In this document: in pieces, positions 23,758-37,689 of the stretch
How positions within the stretch are numbered: position 1 is the first letter of the stretch
Layout of the letters: the number at the start of each line of letters is the position of its first letter
Assembly (NCBI GenBank): GCA_013239625.1
Contig: MU057344.1
Span: 374,276-438,275, forward strand
DNA: 64,000 nt
Direction: 5' to 3'
Origin: Lama guanicoe
Lineage: Eukaryota
Program-made: the position numbers and the translations under genes
Notes under the pieces: model-generated
Told to the model about the DNA's origin: nothing
The model's database searches: none
What the model saw: the letters and a program-made list of their open reading frames with translations, nothing else

Positions 23758-25984
23758 GGCGCCCGCCTGGCCCTCTGGCCGCTTTGTCTCGCTCAGGCTC
23801 TAACTCTCCAGAAAAACAGCCCGCCCCCCTCCCCCTCCTCAGAACCCGCCATGACATCACGGAGCCCTGCAGACCGACCGCCCTCTTCGCTCCTGCCCAG
23901 CCTCTTGGCCTCCCCAGATCCTTAGCTGGCCTAGTGGGAGGGGTAGGGCCTTGGCCACTATGCCCCAGACGGTGAGGGGAGTCAGAGCAGAGACTTGGCT
24001 CCCCCTCTGGCTCAGGTCCTGAAGAAGGGGGCAGTAGCTCAGCCCTCGGAGGGGCAGGAGGGCCCCAAAGCCTGAAGGCATGGCCCTGGATACCCTGTAG
24101 ATGTCTGTGACACACAGGGCCCCTCTGGGGCCACTGCAGGCCTGGGGTTCTGGGGTGAGCACCCCTCGCCCCCTCCTCTGTAGGGGGACATTGGCCCAAG
24201 GCATCCCTCCACTGGGGGCCAGAAGAAAGGCATCCTGAGGTCGGACCCCCAAGGAGCCCAGGCTGCCACGTGATGACCCGCGCAGGCCCGTCTCCTCTGG
24301 GGGCTGCATTTCCTCATCTGTGTAGTGGGGATAAGAGTAGCACCAGCCCTGGGGAGGTACAGGGGGGCTCCCTCCAGACAACAGGATGGGCATTGCTGTC
24401 TACGTCAACTGCACCATCCAGAGAGCTAGCCGGGGAGATGAGGGGTGGGGACCCTGAGCACTGAGTGGGGCCAGCCCAGTGCCCCTCTGTCCTGGTGCCC
24501 CTGCCCCCATCTGCTCACTATCAGGGGCACAGCATGGTGCCCATGAAACCCCGTCCAGACCTGGGTGCCCTGCTCCCAGGAGCACCCCCACTGCTCCCAG
24601 GAAGGGAAGGAAGGGGTGGGGTATGGGAGCCTTCCCAACAGAAGGCACAAATTTGAAGCTCTGGGAAAACTTACAGAGTCACATAAACAAATGTGAAATC
24701 ACAGACCTCGCACTGTGTACCAAACCCACTCTCTCTAGTTAAGCAAACCTCGAAAAAAGAAAAAGAAAAGAAAAACTCCACCACATCACCACAGAAAGCC
24801 ACAATGCATTTTTCAGACTGCCCATTTGGACTGAATTATTGTCACAGGTCCCAGGCCCTGGTGGGCCGGAGTCTCATTCTTGAACCCTGCCCTGGTCCCC
24901 AAGTCCTCAGAAGAGCGAGCGAGGAGCCCAGCCCAGCCAGACTCTCTGGCTCCAGGGAAGGGGAGGAGGCTGCTGCTGCAGTAGGAGGGAGTGAGGGGTG
25001 ATAACAGGTAGGACCAGCTGGGAGAACACCCCACCCCCAACCTAACGGACCTATTTCCCTCTGCAAGATCCAGGCCCTGGGAGGCGGAGCCCTTTCCAAA
25101 CTGGAATCAGGGCTCATCTCCCCACCCCACTCTAGCTCCTCCCTGGGCCTTTCATTCTGGAAAAACAAGCCCTGCCTGGCTGGCCTTGAGGCCTGGCCTC
25201 TCCCCCTGTTTTTCTAACTGGTTTACATTAGCACTGCAGCCTCCCTCCCAGCCTTCGTCTGCGCCCCCACCCATGTCTGCCTCTCTCCTTTGGTCTCTAC
25301 TGCGCTGGCCTCCACCTCTGCCCTCTGTTCCTGCCTCTGGCTGCCAGGCTGTCTCTCCTTCGTGGAGGGAAGATGTCCAAGCAGGGCTGGAGGGAGGCAG
25401 AGATGAACCAGGTCCGGCCCCGCAGCCTGGGAGGGGACAGGGTCCGCTCCCCGCCTGGTCCACACCCTAAACTCCCTCTCCCAGTAGGTTCCCTGGCCTC
25501 AGGCCCTGTGCTGAGGCCTGGTGGCGCCCCTGTGCTGCAGATCCAGCCCTCAGCTCAGCCCAAAAGCAGAAGTCTGAAGGAGGACCCCCACCCCCTTGCA
25601 CCACTGCAGTAGAATGCTGCAACCCCTCTTCCCTGCCCCGTCCTCTCCCTGCTTGAGCCCACCTCCCCAGTCCTTGGCAGGAAGTAGTCACAGATGGAAG
25701 CAGAGCCCAAGAGAGAACAGATCGGAACTGAACAGCCACCAACATCACTGTGGTCCCCCTGAGTTCCAGGCCAGCCCCAGCCAGACCAGAGCCAGACCCA
25801 CATCCCCTCTCCTAGGAGTAGAGGCTGGACAGGACGAGGAGGGGCAGCCAGCCCAACTGAGCCTGAGAATCAGAGTCTGGCTCCAATCCTGGGGACTCGG
25901 ACATTCCAGGCAGCCAGGCTCATGGGGAGGAAAAACCACAGGCACTCAAGAGCACAACCTGAAACACAGACACGTGCTCACACG

Positions 25985-26130
25985 TGCTGTTCAACATTCA
26001 GCAAACACTTCCTGTGCACCCACTGTGTGCCATGCACTGGGAGTCAGCCCCGAACTGGATGCCAAGCTCCTGCCCTCTTTGGGCTGTTAGAGGAGGCCTG
26101 CTCACAGATAAATGGCATCATCTGAAACGC
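25985..26130. mobile_element. L2 LINE 3' fragment
   Basis: ttcaacattcagcaaacacttcctgtgcacccactgtgtgccatgcactggg resembles the recalled L2 tail. Confidence 0.5.
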
Positions 26131-26519
26131 GAGACTCACAGGGACAGCTTCCTAGGGAGCGACCCCACAAGTGGACAGCCAGGCCGGCGCCCAGGAAGCT
26201 GCCTGTAGGGGGAGGGAGGGTGGGGCTTGGCGCACAGGTCTGCAGGGCTGTGGCCTGGCTCTCATTCACACCCGGCAGGATGAGGCCTGAGGGGTTTACA
26301 ATCAGGAGAGATGTGGTCTGGTGATGCAGGAAATGCCAAGATAGTTTGTTTAGAGCTGCCAGGATTTACAGGAACATACCAGGAAAATGACCCTCCAAGG
26401 GCCAGGTGGTGGACAGAACTCCAAGGTCCTCCCCTAGAGTGGCGGGAGGGGAGACTGTGGTGGGGTAGTCCTTTGCACCCACACAACAGAGGTGCGGGGC
26501 TGTCACTCGCAGAGACCGA

Positions 26520-26888
26520 GTTTCCCTCATAGCCGAGTAGTCAGCTTCTCCCACCAGCCATGCGGTGAAAGGGCTCATGGAGGCGACTGTGTGGCCAAAA
26601 CCTGAGGCTGCAGCCCCACCCACTTCATTCATCAAGAAGAAAACGGCCCTTGGTCCTATAACTGCGAGGAACGGGTTCTGCCAGCCACCCAGCTGGGCCT
26701 GGAAGAGGACCGCAGGTGAGGACACAGCCCTGGCTGACACGGGTCTGACCCCGTGAGACCCTGGGTGGAGCTCCCGGTAAACGCACGTCCAGAGCCTGAC
26801 CCATGGAAGCTGTGTGGTAACGAGCCTGCTGTGTGAAGCTGCTAAATTTGTGTTGACTTTTCATGCTGCCAACAGGAGACAGACACAA
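26520..26888 (+). mobile_element. MLT1 (MaLR) LTR remnant
   Basis: 3' end gaagctgctaaatttgtgttgactttttcatgctgccaacaggagacagacaca resembles the recalled MLT1 terminus; left boundary approximate. Confidence 0.5.
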
Positions 26889-27500
26889 CTGCTTCCCAGG
26901 ACAAAGCAAGGGCAGGACTTAAAAAGACAAAAGCACAAGTCTTACAAGGAAAGGGACTGGTGTCTCAGCTGAGGATTGGCTTGTGGGCAGACTGCTGAGT
27001 CACAGCTCCCCTCAGGTTTCTCCAGAACCGTGCCGATCCACTGTCACTGTGAGGCGGAGGCCAGAGGGCGGAGCTGCCCCACAGACCAGAGCACCCGCGA
27101 TCCACCCTCACACTGCTGTCTTCCCAGAGGTGGTCACTTGCGCATGTGTTAGTCCTTCTTCGGGAGTCCTGGTGGTCTGCTACGGCACTGTCTCACTCCA
27201 TGGGCCAGGGGACTCCAGATCCCATGTCTGATGGTCTGTGCGTCCCGAGGGGGCTCTCAGCCCTGCTGGTGGAGGCCCACAAGTCAGATGACAAGCTGAG
27301 ATGGGGCTGAGAGACCACTGATGCATCGAGACAGTGATTTGAAAATACAGACAAGAACACTTGGAAACACAGAAGCATTATTTCATGGACCAGGCAACCC
27401 CTTCACCCTGAGAAACCATCAAGAACCCAAGACCAAGGATTTTAGCAGTCATGGTCAAACCCTCGGCAAGCGGTTTCCTGCGTGGTGTCTTTGACGGGAA

Positions 27501-27915
27501 CAGGCACACCTCACTTTACTGCGCTTCACAGATGATGCATTTTTACAAACTGAAGGTCTGTGGTGACCCTGCGTCAGGCAAGCCCACCAGTGCCGTTTTC
27601 CCAACAGCACTTGCTCACCCCGTGCTTCTGTGTCACATTTTGGTAATTCTCACATTTTTAACCCTCCACCAGCAAGAAAGGTATGACTCACTGAAGGCCC
27701 AGATGATGGTTCGCATTTTTTAGAGATAACAAATTTTTTAACTAATGCATGTGCACTTTTTAGACATAATGCTGTTATGCACTTAATAGATTATGGTATA
27801 AATGTGGCTTTTACATAGGCCGGGAAACCACAGAATGTGTGTGCCTCGTTTTGTCATGGCATTCACTTTACTGCAGTGGCCGAAGCCTGACCCGTGGCGC
27901 CCTGCAGCCCACCTG
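27501..27915. mobile_element. Internally deleted Tigger1-derived DNA transposon (TcMar-Tigger)
   Basis: Begins CAGGCACACCTC. Contains ttttacaaactgaaggtctgtgg...ctgtgtcacattttggtaattctc from one Tigger1 end, joined to actcactgaaggcccagatgat...tagacataatgct...cacttaataga from the other. Ends in a degenerate ...CACCTG. Confidence 0.8.
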
Positions 27916-28149
27916 TGCTCTCCCCACTGGCCTGTTCTGTTTGAGAAGGTGCGGGGAGGCCAGCCAACCAACATGCAGACACTGCTCACGTTGCTCATGA
28001 ACTGGAGCCAGACCCCGGGTGGCAAGGTGGCTTCTGCATTTCCATCTTTCCCGTCACGCCAGGAAGATCTCCTCATCATCCTTATCGCTTCATCATTTCT
28101 GTAGCCAGGAGTCAGGAACCATCGATTTACTTCCATCAGATGTGAGTCA

Positions 28150-28780
28150 CCTCACCCACAAGATGCCCGTGTCCACCGACTTTCTGGTGAGTCGGTAAGG
28201 GATGGTGTTTTCATTTGAGCTGACAGAGTTGCTTCCCCGAGGCTGTGGTTTATCCGCTCTGACACTCCATACAGGAACACGGAACTGAGCGATTACACGA
28301 GAGGGTAAGGAGAGGGGCTGGGAAGACCCACATGGCCCTGGGCAACAGCTGGGGACAATGAGACGAACTCGTGTTAGCAGACACAAACACAGGCGCGTGA
28401 AAACGGCGGTGGATGTGCTGATGCAGGGCCACCTCTGTTGTCTGCGAAGGCCCGCAGCAGTGAGCGTGCCCAGCTCCAGACCTTGGTTTCTAAGATTGTT
28501 TTCCAACAAAGGAACCAGGGCTCCTTGGAGAAATGGCTGCCTTTAGGGCTGGGAGGAAACATACTAAATAAACCTGGAGAGCCTGTACTGCTGGAAAGGA
28601 AGTGTTGGGAAAAAAAGAAAAAAGAACTAGGGGGTGGGGGCCCAGGGCCAAGAGCTGGAGCCAGGGGTGCTGGACTGTAACCTGAAATGGAAAGTCACAC
28701 TCCCAGAAATAAGTGGCTGCTCACGTAAATGGAATTCTTCATGCAGGAGAATTCCAAATGATTTACAGAGAAAAAGCAGG
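28150..28780 (+). mobile_element. Old L1 (L1MC/MD-like) 3' region fragment
   Basis: aaaggaaccagggctccttggagaaatggctg and ggagaattccaaatgattta resemble recalled L1MC/MD 3'UTR blocks. Confidence 0.55.
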
Positions 28781-29131
28781 AGCATGGCTCCCCTCATGGA
28801 AGGCGCAGGAGGGTCCCTGGCTGCCCAGGTCCTGGGGCACATGGTGCTGCTGGGGTGGCTCACGGGGGCTGACGAGCCCCATGGCTTCACTTCAGCAACT
28901 GGGGGTCGGGGCGGCCACTACCCGGGTCTTCTGTCCACGCGGCCTCTTCCCACCACGTGACCTGTCGCTTGGCCGCCTACGCCAGGCTTCCTTCCACTGA
29001 TAGAAGCTGCCAGAACCCTTGCGGCCAGAGCTTGGAAGCATCTGCCTCTTTCTACTGGTAAGAGCAGGTCACAGCCAGACCCAAGGGAGCCCTGGGGGAG
29101 GAGCAGCAAGATCGCACAGTGAGGGCCAGGC

Positions 29132-29146
29132 GGGGGGGGGGGGGGG
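29132..29146. repeat. Poly-G run (G15)
   Basis: Directly visible homopolymer. Confidence 0.9.
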
Positions 29147-30599
29147 CGGGAGGCCCTGGCCAGGGGCAGGGGTGCTGTAATCCCTGCACAGGTGCACCTC
29201 GGCGACAGGTGCACAAATGACATGCAGACAATTCAGAGCTCCATCTGGGTTACAGGAGTAAATCCTATACAAAAGAGATCAGTTATTTTAGTGAAATATA
29301 AACATTTTAAAAATATATGTTTAAACATAAACATATACATTTATATGATTTTAAGTATTTTTGGGGAAAAAAATAACTTACCTGAGACATAAAACCAAAC
29401 CAGGAAATTTAGGAAAGTTAAGTAAGCTTTGCATAAGTAAATAAACCTGATTCTTCCCAAACCCATGATACTATCCTCCATTGTCTCACACGGTTCATGA
29501 CGTCAGGGGAAAGACACAGCCGTTCAAGGCAGAATTAGGAAGGCGTCTAATTTGTCCAGGGTCATCTTGATGAAAAATATCACTTAGCCTTTTTCTCATA
29601 CAACTTTGTAAAACTCCACATTTCCCATCCCAGCAGTTAGACGATATTAATGCTTCTATGAAGTGAAGTCTCCTTGGTGACGTTGGCTTCTTATCCCGTG
29701 ACAACCATTGTTCCAGCTTTTCTTTTTTTTTTTGGCTGTGGATTCTGCAAGAAAGTAACTTTTTTCAAAAGGTGAACACTTCTAAGGCAGAAGTTCAGTT
29801 TCCTTTTTCTTCATGGAATTTGCATGTTCTCCATTTTAAATCTAAGCAAGAGCCTTTCGGTGTAGGTAGGCTAGTCAGAACGGGAGCTTCATAATCATAT
29901 GCAACATTTTGGTTTCCAGGAAGACAGGGAGTTCCACTGACATGCTCAGAGAATGTTCCCGGTCATACAACCCAAGAATCTAATCACATTCTCGGCAAGT
30001 GAGAGACCCTGGGACTTGGTCTCTGCACCCTCCACGGCTGCCCAGTGGACTTCAATACAATTGTGTTTCAACCCAGTGCAGTGAAAGGTTCACCCCTGGG
30101 AAGCTCACATTGTCCCACCTTCGGAAAGCGAAACTTCCAAGCGGGCCCGAGCCCTGCGAGCTGGCCGCAGCCTCTGACATGGAGACGGGGACCCTCCTGC
30201 CCGCCCTGCCATGCCTCACATGTCAGGACTGCAGGTAAACACTGAACAGGACACGTTTATACTGACAGGTTATCTGTTGTTTACCTGAAATTCACTTTTA
30301 ACAAGGGGTCCTCTATTTTTATTTGCTAAAGTTGGCAACCCTACTTGGTCGCCAGAGTCCCGGCTTCCCCCTGAAGTGGGAAAGGGCACATAGAGCCACT
30401 TCTGGGGGTCCTGTTTTGTGGACCCCACTGTCAAACAGAAGCAGACAACGAAGCGCCAGCAGAGGAGGCCCACTAGTGTGGGAAATGGAGGCCAAAGCCA
30501 ACAGGCAGAGAAGCCCGCCTGGAACAAGGCTGCAGGGTAGGGGGGGTCAGCAGAGAAATGACGTCTCATTAACATCCTCCCAGAAGAGGCGACGTCACA

Positions 30600-31260
30600 C
30601 CCAGGAAACAACCAGGCATGCTAAACACACTGAGAAAATGAAAGTCTCTAAAAAATTGAAAAGAAGGTAACAGAAATGAAAAAAATTCATTAAGTGGATT
30701 AGAGGGAAATGCTGAAGGTGCCCATGAAATGGCAAACAGAAGAGAAAATCATCCAATAACAGGAGCTTCAGAAACAGCAGAAATGGAGGGGAGGGAATTA
30801 CACAAAACAGTTCAAGAAACTGCCTCAGAGCTGAAGGTCAGGCAAGCCCAGGCTGAACCGGCCTTCCATGGGGCGAAAAGAGCCACACTAAAGTGTGCCA
30901 CTGGGAATGCTGGCATGAAGGAACGAGGGCCTCGAGAGTCTGCTACTGACAAAGGAGCTGGCCTCAAAGCAAGTTTACTTCTCTAATCAGCAGCACTGGG
31001 AACTGGAGGACAGCAGAGCAAGACCTGCAGGATTTTGTAGGAAACGATCTCCAACCTAGAATTCCACATCCAGCCACACTGTCAACCAAGAAACAGGATC
31101 CAGTAGAGACATCTGCAGATTTGCAAAATTGCAAAATTTTCTCTTGTGTTTCTTTCCGCAGGAAACTATGGAGGACGGGCTCTTGCAAAGTAAGGGGAAG
31201 AAAACGGAAGGATCAGGGAAGGAGAGAGTGTCTGCGGGATGCCCCAGGAACAAAGCTGAG
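30600..31260 (+). mobile_element. Degenerate HAL1/L1M ORF1-like remnant
   Basis: A-rich, with cttctctaatcagcagcactgggaactggagga...tccaacctagaattccacatccagccacactgtca resembling L1 ORF1 DFS...QPRILYPAKLS coding sequence; broken by stops and frameshifts. Confidence 0.6.
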
Positions 31261-31992
31261 CCCAAGTGCGGCGGGCCTGCCGCTGCTGGACGAGCAGGAA
31301 GTCCAGGAAGAGACTCTGTCCTGAGATGAGCAAACCTTGGATGCTCCTGCGAGCCGGGCTGAGAACTTGGTGCTGAAACTGTGACGAGGGCACAGAGAAC
31401 CAGACCAACCGGAGAGAAGAGAGAAAACCAGGGAAAACAACATGCAGAGGGAAAGAAAAGCAGCGACAGCTGCCAGCCCGTCCGTGGTCAGTCATGTAAA
31501 CAGACTTTCACACACCCCGACTCACGGGCCGCCAGGTCAGAGGAGGGATGGAGGGGGCAGCACAAGAGAGGCCAACAGGTAACACCTGCAATGAAAACAA
31601 AACGCAGGGACATGAGAATTGTATTTGATTAGCAAGTGTGAACTCAGTCTAATGGATTGGAAATAGTATTTTTTAATGAAGTAGACCAGAATAGAAAACA
31701 CCTGAGATGACTGCACTGAAGAGAGGTATGTATTTTTTTTTAATTTTTCAAGTGTGGGTAGTGATACATAAAATGTATTTCTTATTTTGAGTTTTGGTCA
31801 AAAAGTCCAAAATCCACCAATTTAGAGATATTGTAATACCAAAAGAATCATCTGAAAGGGCTGAGACTGCCTCTGGGAAGGTGGTGTGGGGAGGAGAGAC
31901 TAGCTTTTTTTTCAAGCACTGTTGAACTATTACACTATTTAGATATGCAGAGGCATAACTTTTATAAAAATAAATTTAAAACAAATTAAGTT

Positions 31993-32170
31993 TGGAGTCA
32001 AACAGACTTAGAGCCAAGTCACGGCTTCTCAGCCATGCGACTGTGGGTAAGTTGAGGGTCCCTATCTACCAAACAAGGCTAACTACAGGCTCGCTGTGAA
32101 GTGAGAGAACTCCCAGGAAGAACCCAGCACAGTGCCTGTAGTAGAGGGAATCACTCAGATGCATCAATTA
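31993..32170 (+). mobile_element. MIR SINE
   Basis: ggagtcaaacagactta...tgcgactgtgggtaagtt...cagcacagtgcctg MIR-like blocks. Confidence 0.55.
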
Positions 32171-35100
32171 CTAATTTCTTAAAAACACAGTTCTTATTCT
32201 ATGATCTATCTCCCACACACCTTTTCTGGGAAAGCTACTATAGGATGGACTCCATGGAAAGGAAGGTAAACCACAAGACAGGAAAACATGGCATTCCAGA
32301 AACAACGGCTCCAGCTTTTGAGGCCATGGGTATCCCAGGTAGACTCTGCTGGTGCCCTCAAGGGCCCAGCGTAGCCTATCTGGGCGCCAGGAAGGACTGC
32401 ACAGGAACAAGAGGCACTTGAGGAGCTGGACCCAACTGACAGTTTTCAAATCCCTCCAGCAAGTCTGGGGCTGAGTTAGTGATAGAAGCACAGGAAAACA
32501 CACAAAAGAAAAAACAGAACTGGAGAACAAACAGTTGTGTGAGAAGGGGACACTGGCATGCTGGCCCATGAGGCCTTGTGTGAATGCTACTGATGTTGGG
32601 AGGTGACCGTGTCGCTGTGCTGTGACTGTAAGAGGAGGGGGCACCAGCCCAAGGCGCCTGGACAGACCTGGGGTGGATGAGGAGATGAGGAGGTGGGTGA
32701 GGCGGGAGCCAACAATTCCACGCTGAGCCGCACAGTCTGACTTGGCCGGAAATTTTAAAACGAGAATTCAACTGTAAAAGCAAAGTAACAAAACCAACAA
32801 GACCAAGCAAACTGAACAGGCGTCGGGTAGGGGACAGTGCCTGGCTTCAGGAGAAGCAGGTGTCAGCCCAGAGGGCACAAGAGCCCTTTTCACGTACCCC
32901 CAGCCCCCGAGGGCTCCAGGTCAGGACCCGGTCTTGGTGGTCTCTGGGGCCCCTTATGCTCAGCAGGACTCCAGGCTGAGTCAGTCTCCTCCCTGCCCTG
33001 CAGACCATCAACGTGGGCGAGGCCGGCCCAGGTAGGCTAGCTTGTGGGCTCGTGGTGCAGCGTCATAGGGCAGTCACCCTTGTCCTGTGTCCCCAAAGTC
33101 GCTGGGCCAACCTACACTCCACGAGGCACGTGCACGATTAATGCCACCTGGCAACCTGGCTCCCCCCGACCGTGGATCCTGCCCGAGGAGTTGGCACAAG
33201 CTCATGCCCAGCCCAAGGGCTGACGCCTCCCCTCCCCTTGGCCTCAAGGGTCCTGATGGCCCTGCTGCCACCACAGCTGAGGCGAGCGGGGCTGTGGGCC
33301 TGGTGCTGCCCACTGGCCATCCGGGGTCTGCAGGGCTTTTACCCCTACTCAAGGAGGGGTCCTCCAAGGACACACACAGGCCAACCCACAGAGACAACCC
33401 CCCCCCAAAGTGGCAGAGTCGGCCGACACGTGACCTCAGGTGAGGCCCAAGGCCACGGGGCTCCGCTCCCTCTCCGGCAGATGGCCCAGCAGCGCCCTGC
33501 GACACCCAGGTGGGCTCTGGATGCCCATCCAGGCAGCGGGGAGGTTGCCCTCTGGCCTCTACCCTGGACTAACTCCCCAGGGGCTTTTTCCAAAACTCAG
33601 TCCTAGAGAGCAATATCCCACCCCTCAGTCCACCCAGGTTCCGGTGTCCTTCTGGGCAAGCTCAGCGGGCCTCGGCCACACCGGGGAGGGAGCCTCTCTC
33701 CAGCCTCTGCCCCACGCTATGGCCCTCCAGCACCTTCGCCAGCTCCCTGAATGGTGGGGAGCGCTACTCACAGCATGGGGTTTGGGGGGTGCACGTAGGT
33801 GTGTGCTGTACCCTGCCTGGTGCATCTGAGGTGGCCAGGGCCCGTGCCCACCCTCCCCAGGGCCTGGTACCCAGCCTCACGTCCTCCCACGGGGCCGGAG
33901 TCTGCCCGGCTCCTTCCGGGCCCACGGTGCGGCCAAGACATCCAGGCCAGAAGACTCTGCTGTGCACCAGGTACGGAGCAGCAGAGCCATAAAGCTGAGC
34001 TCACAGAGGTGCCCCAAGCTGGGTTCAAAAAGCAGATCCCCAGCAAGAGCCCAAGACCACCCTCATCAGCTGGGCCCTGGATGGGGCCTCCCTGACTGAA
34101 CCCATCCTCTATGCACTGCTGGACGGGCTGGGGAGAGGGGCAGATCACAGGCCAGAACCACATCACAAAGACGAGCCTTTCACTGAAGGCTGCCCCGTCA
34201 GTGGCTATCAGGGCTAGAACTGGGGAACACCAGGGAGAAGGGGCTGGGGGAGGGTGGAGGCACCACAGGGAAGAGAGGAGGGGCTGCAGAGTGAAAATAA
34301 AACCCCAAAACTGCCTTCTGAGGTTGTGGTTGGACCCGAAGCATCCAAGCCACAGGCAGGGTGAAGTCTGCACACCCAGGCCGGGCAGGGACAGGCCATC
34401 AAGGTCCAGGCCCAGCAGGGCAGGGAGGGGCAGGGACTGAGGGGACCAAGTGGGGCTGGGCTGGCTCAGGAGCTGACTCGACAGGACCCATGACATCTGG
34501 AGCAGGAGCCTCGACCACAGCACCACTGGCATCTGGGGCTCATTATTCTCGGGCAGAGACTGCCATGTGAACCGAAGGGCATTTAACAGCATCTCCGGCC
34601 TCCACCCATCATTGTCAGCAGAACCCCCACTGTTTTACAACCAAAAATGTCTCCAGATGTGGCCGAATGCCCACTTAAGAACTGCTGCTCTGGAGGACTG
34701 GTGAGTCCATGGGGCCTGGAGCCCACGGGCAGCCTGCCTCCTGGGGGCCCCCCAGCTGGCACTCACCCCAGGGTGGAGGAGGCTGGAGCAGGTGCCCGGG
34801 ATGCCAGGGCCCTGTGGTGCTCTGCCAGTTGGCAGCACCCAGGCGTCTGGGTCTGCGCCTCTTGGCACAGGCCGGCCGGTTGCACCCCCAGAACTTATGG
34901 CCCCAGCCAAGCTCCTGACCAAGGCTTTGTCTCCAGACTTAGCATCCATTTCTCCTCCCACCAGCCAGGGAAGGGCGGGGTGAGCCACGGGGCAGCTACC
35001 GCAGCGGGGCTGGAAGGAAACACTGGGAGCAACTGGTCAGCAGCCGTGGGCGTTGGCCAAGGGCATCACTGGCAGGCTAGGCCCTGCTGGGAGGCCCAGA

Positions 35101-36576
35101 GGAGCTGGGGCCAGACTTGGCACCAGGAGGGCATGGTCCACTCCACCCCTGAGGGCCTGGCCCTGGGACATCTGCCCCACCCACACCTGAGGAAAATGAG
35201 ACCCGGGAAGGATGCCTGTGATCCTAGCTGTCCTGGTCCCCAGTCAAGACCACAGGGGCTGCCAGGAGCCCAACAGCTACCTCCTTGTGGCCACCAGTGG
35301 AAGCCATCCTGCCCCCTCAGTGGCCTCAGGTCCCCTCCAGTAACAGCCAGCTTCACCCTCCTCATATCCACCACACACGGCCCATCCGTGAGTCCATCGT
35401 CCCTGATGGACAGGGACCCACCTGGCTCACTGAAGTATCGGTGTTATTAACACCATTCCCTCCGGCAAACTGCTGGGAAGCCCGAGCCCAAGCCCTCCCG
35501 AGATCTGCCCAATGGGCAGGGAACCCAAGCCAGACCCCAGACACATCTCTGACAAAAGACAACAAGCTCCCACAGCCCCAGTGCGCAGCGTGACAGGGAA
35601 CCCAGCAACAGGAGAGCTGTGGCCCTCCAAAAACACTGCTCCCCAGGGCTCAGGGAAGACGCACCTGTCTCCCCTCCTTGAACCCAGATGTGAGAAGTGG
35701 AAGAGATGCTAAGGATGAAAGCAACCCTCACCTGAGTTCATGGCACTCCGACCAGTCTCCCCACCGGAAGCCTAGCCCCGCCAGCCCACATACAGAGGCC
35801 CACAGGCCCCTCCAGGCCCCCTATTAGGGACAACAGGTTCCTCTCCATGCAGGAAGAACCTGGAATCACTGGCAGTCACTGGCTGACGCTAAGGCTCCGG
35901 GCTTCTCACCAGCACACTTTCCATAGCCAGCCCAACCTTAAACCTGACAGGGCAGGCCACCCCTACTCAGGGACCCAGGAAGTGGCAGAGGCCAAGAAGC
36001 CCACAGCAGGCAGGCCAGAGGCCCTGCAAGGGGCCTGCAGAGCACTGTCTGCCATTAGAGCACACAGTGCCTGCCCTGCCTCCCTCCCCTCCCCACTTCT
36101 CCAGTGAGGCCCTCCCTGACCCTGAGCTGTGCAGGTCCACTTACAGAACCAGACAATCCACAGCTGGCTGCATCCGGAACCACATGGAGGGCTGACTACA
36201 AGCTACAGTTGGGTTTTCACCCGACTGAGAGTCAACTGTGTACCCTAATGACATTGCCCCCTCAGTCTGGGCACTGAGACCCTGCTTGTCCCTCAGCACT
36301 TTTGCCACCTCCATGTCATTAAGAGTCTGCACTGAAAGCAGGGCTGGAACTCTTCACAGCTTCTCCCACAATGTTCACTCATAAACAGTGAGACCATCAT
36401 TCCCGCAGGCCACGCACCAGGACAAGGGTCAACTTGGGGAAGGGACTGCCACTCTGCCACTCAGAGCCCTTGTGCCTCCTGCAATGCCAGAGGCTGACGC
36501 TAGCCTCAATCCCAAGACAGCTCAAACCCAGCAGAAGAGGGTCCAGGCCAGCAGAGACAGCCGAGTTCTCAGAAAA

Positions 36577-36582
36577 TTTATT
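36577..36582 (-). terminator. AATAAA polyadenylation signal of AURKAIP1
   Basis: TTTATT on +, only about 37 nt after the stop codon, implying a very short 3'UTR. Confidence 0.85.
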
Positions 36583-36619
36583 ACAGTTGGCAGCAACGGG
36601 CGGGGGAGAGACACTAGAC

Positions 36620-37557
<938 letters not shown>

Positions 37558-37689
37558 GGTGTGTGTGTGGCAGCGGCCCAAGGTGCTCAGAGGAGCTGGA
37601 ACACAAGTGCGGCCAAGGTCACCCTGGGGACTCGGGTCCCGCCCCCGACTACAGCATCCCATCACCCTCACCACCTTCTCCTAAGATGA

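Noticed and set aside
33768-35450. 274-aa and 267-aa intergenic ORFs
   Set aside because: No recognisable motifs or supporting exon structure; lengths are unsurprising at this GC content.
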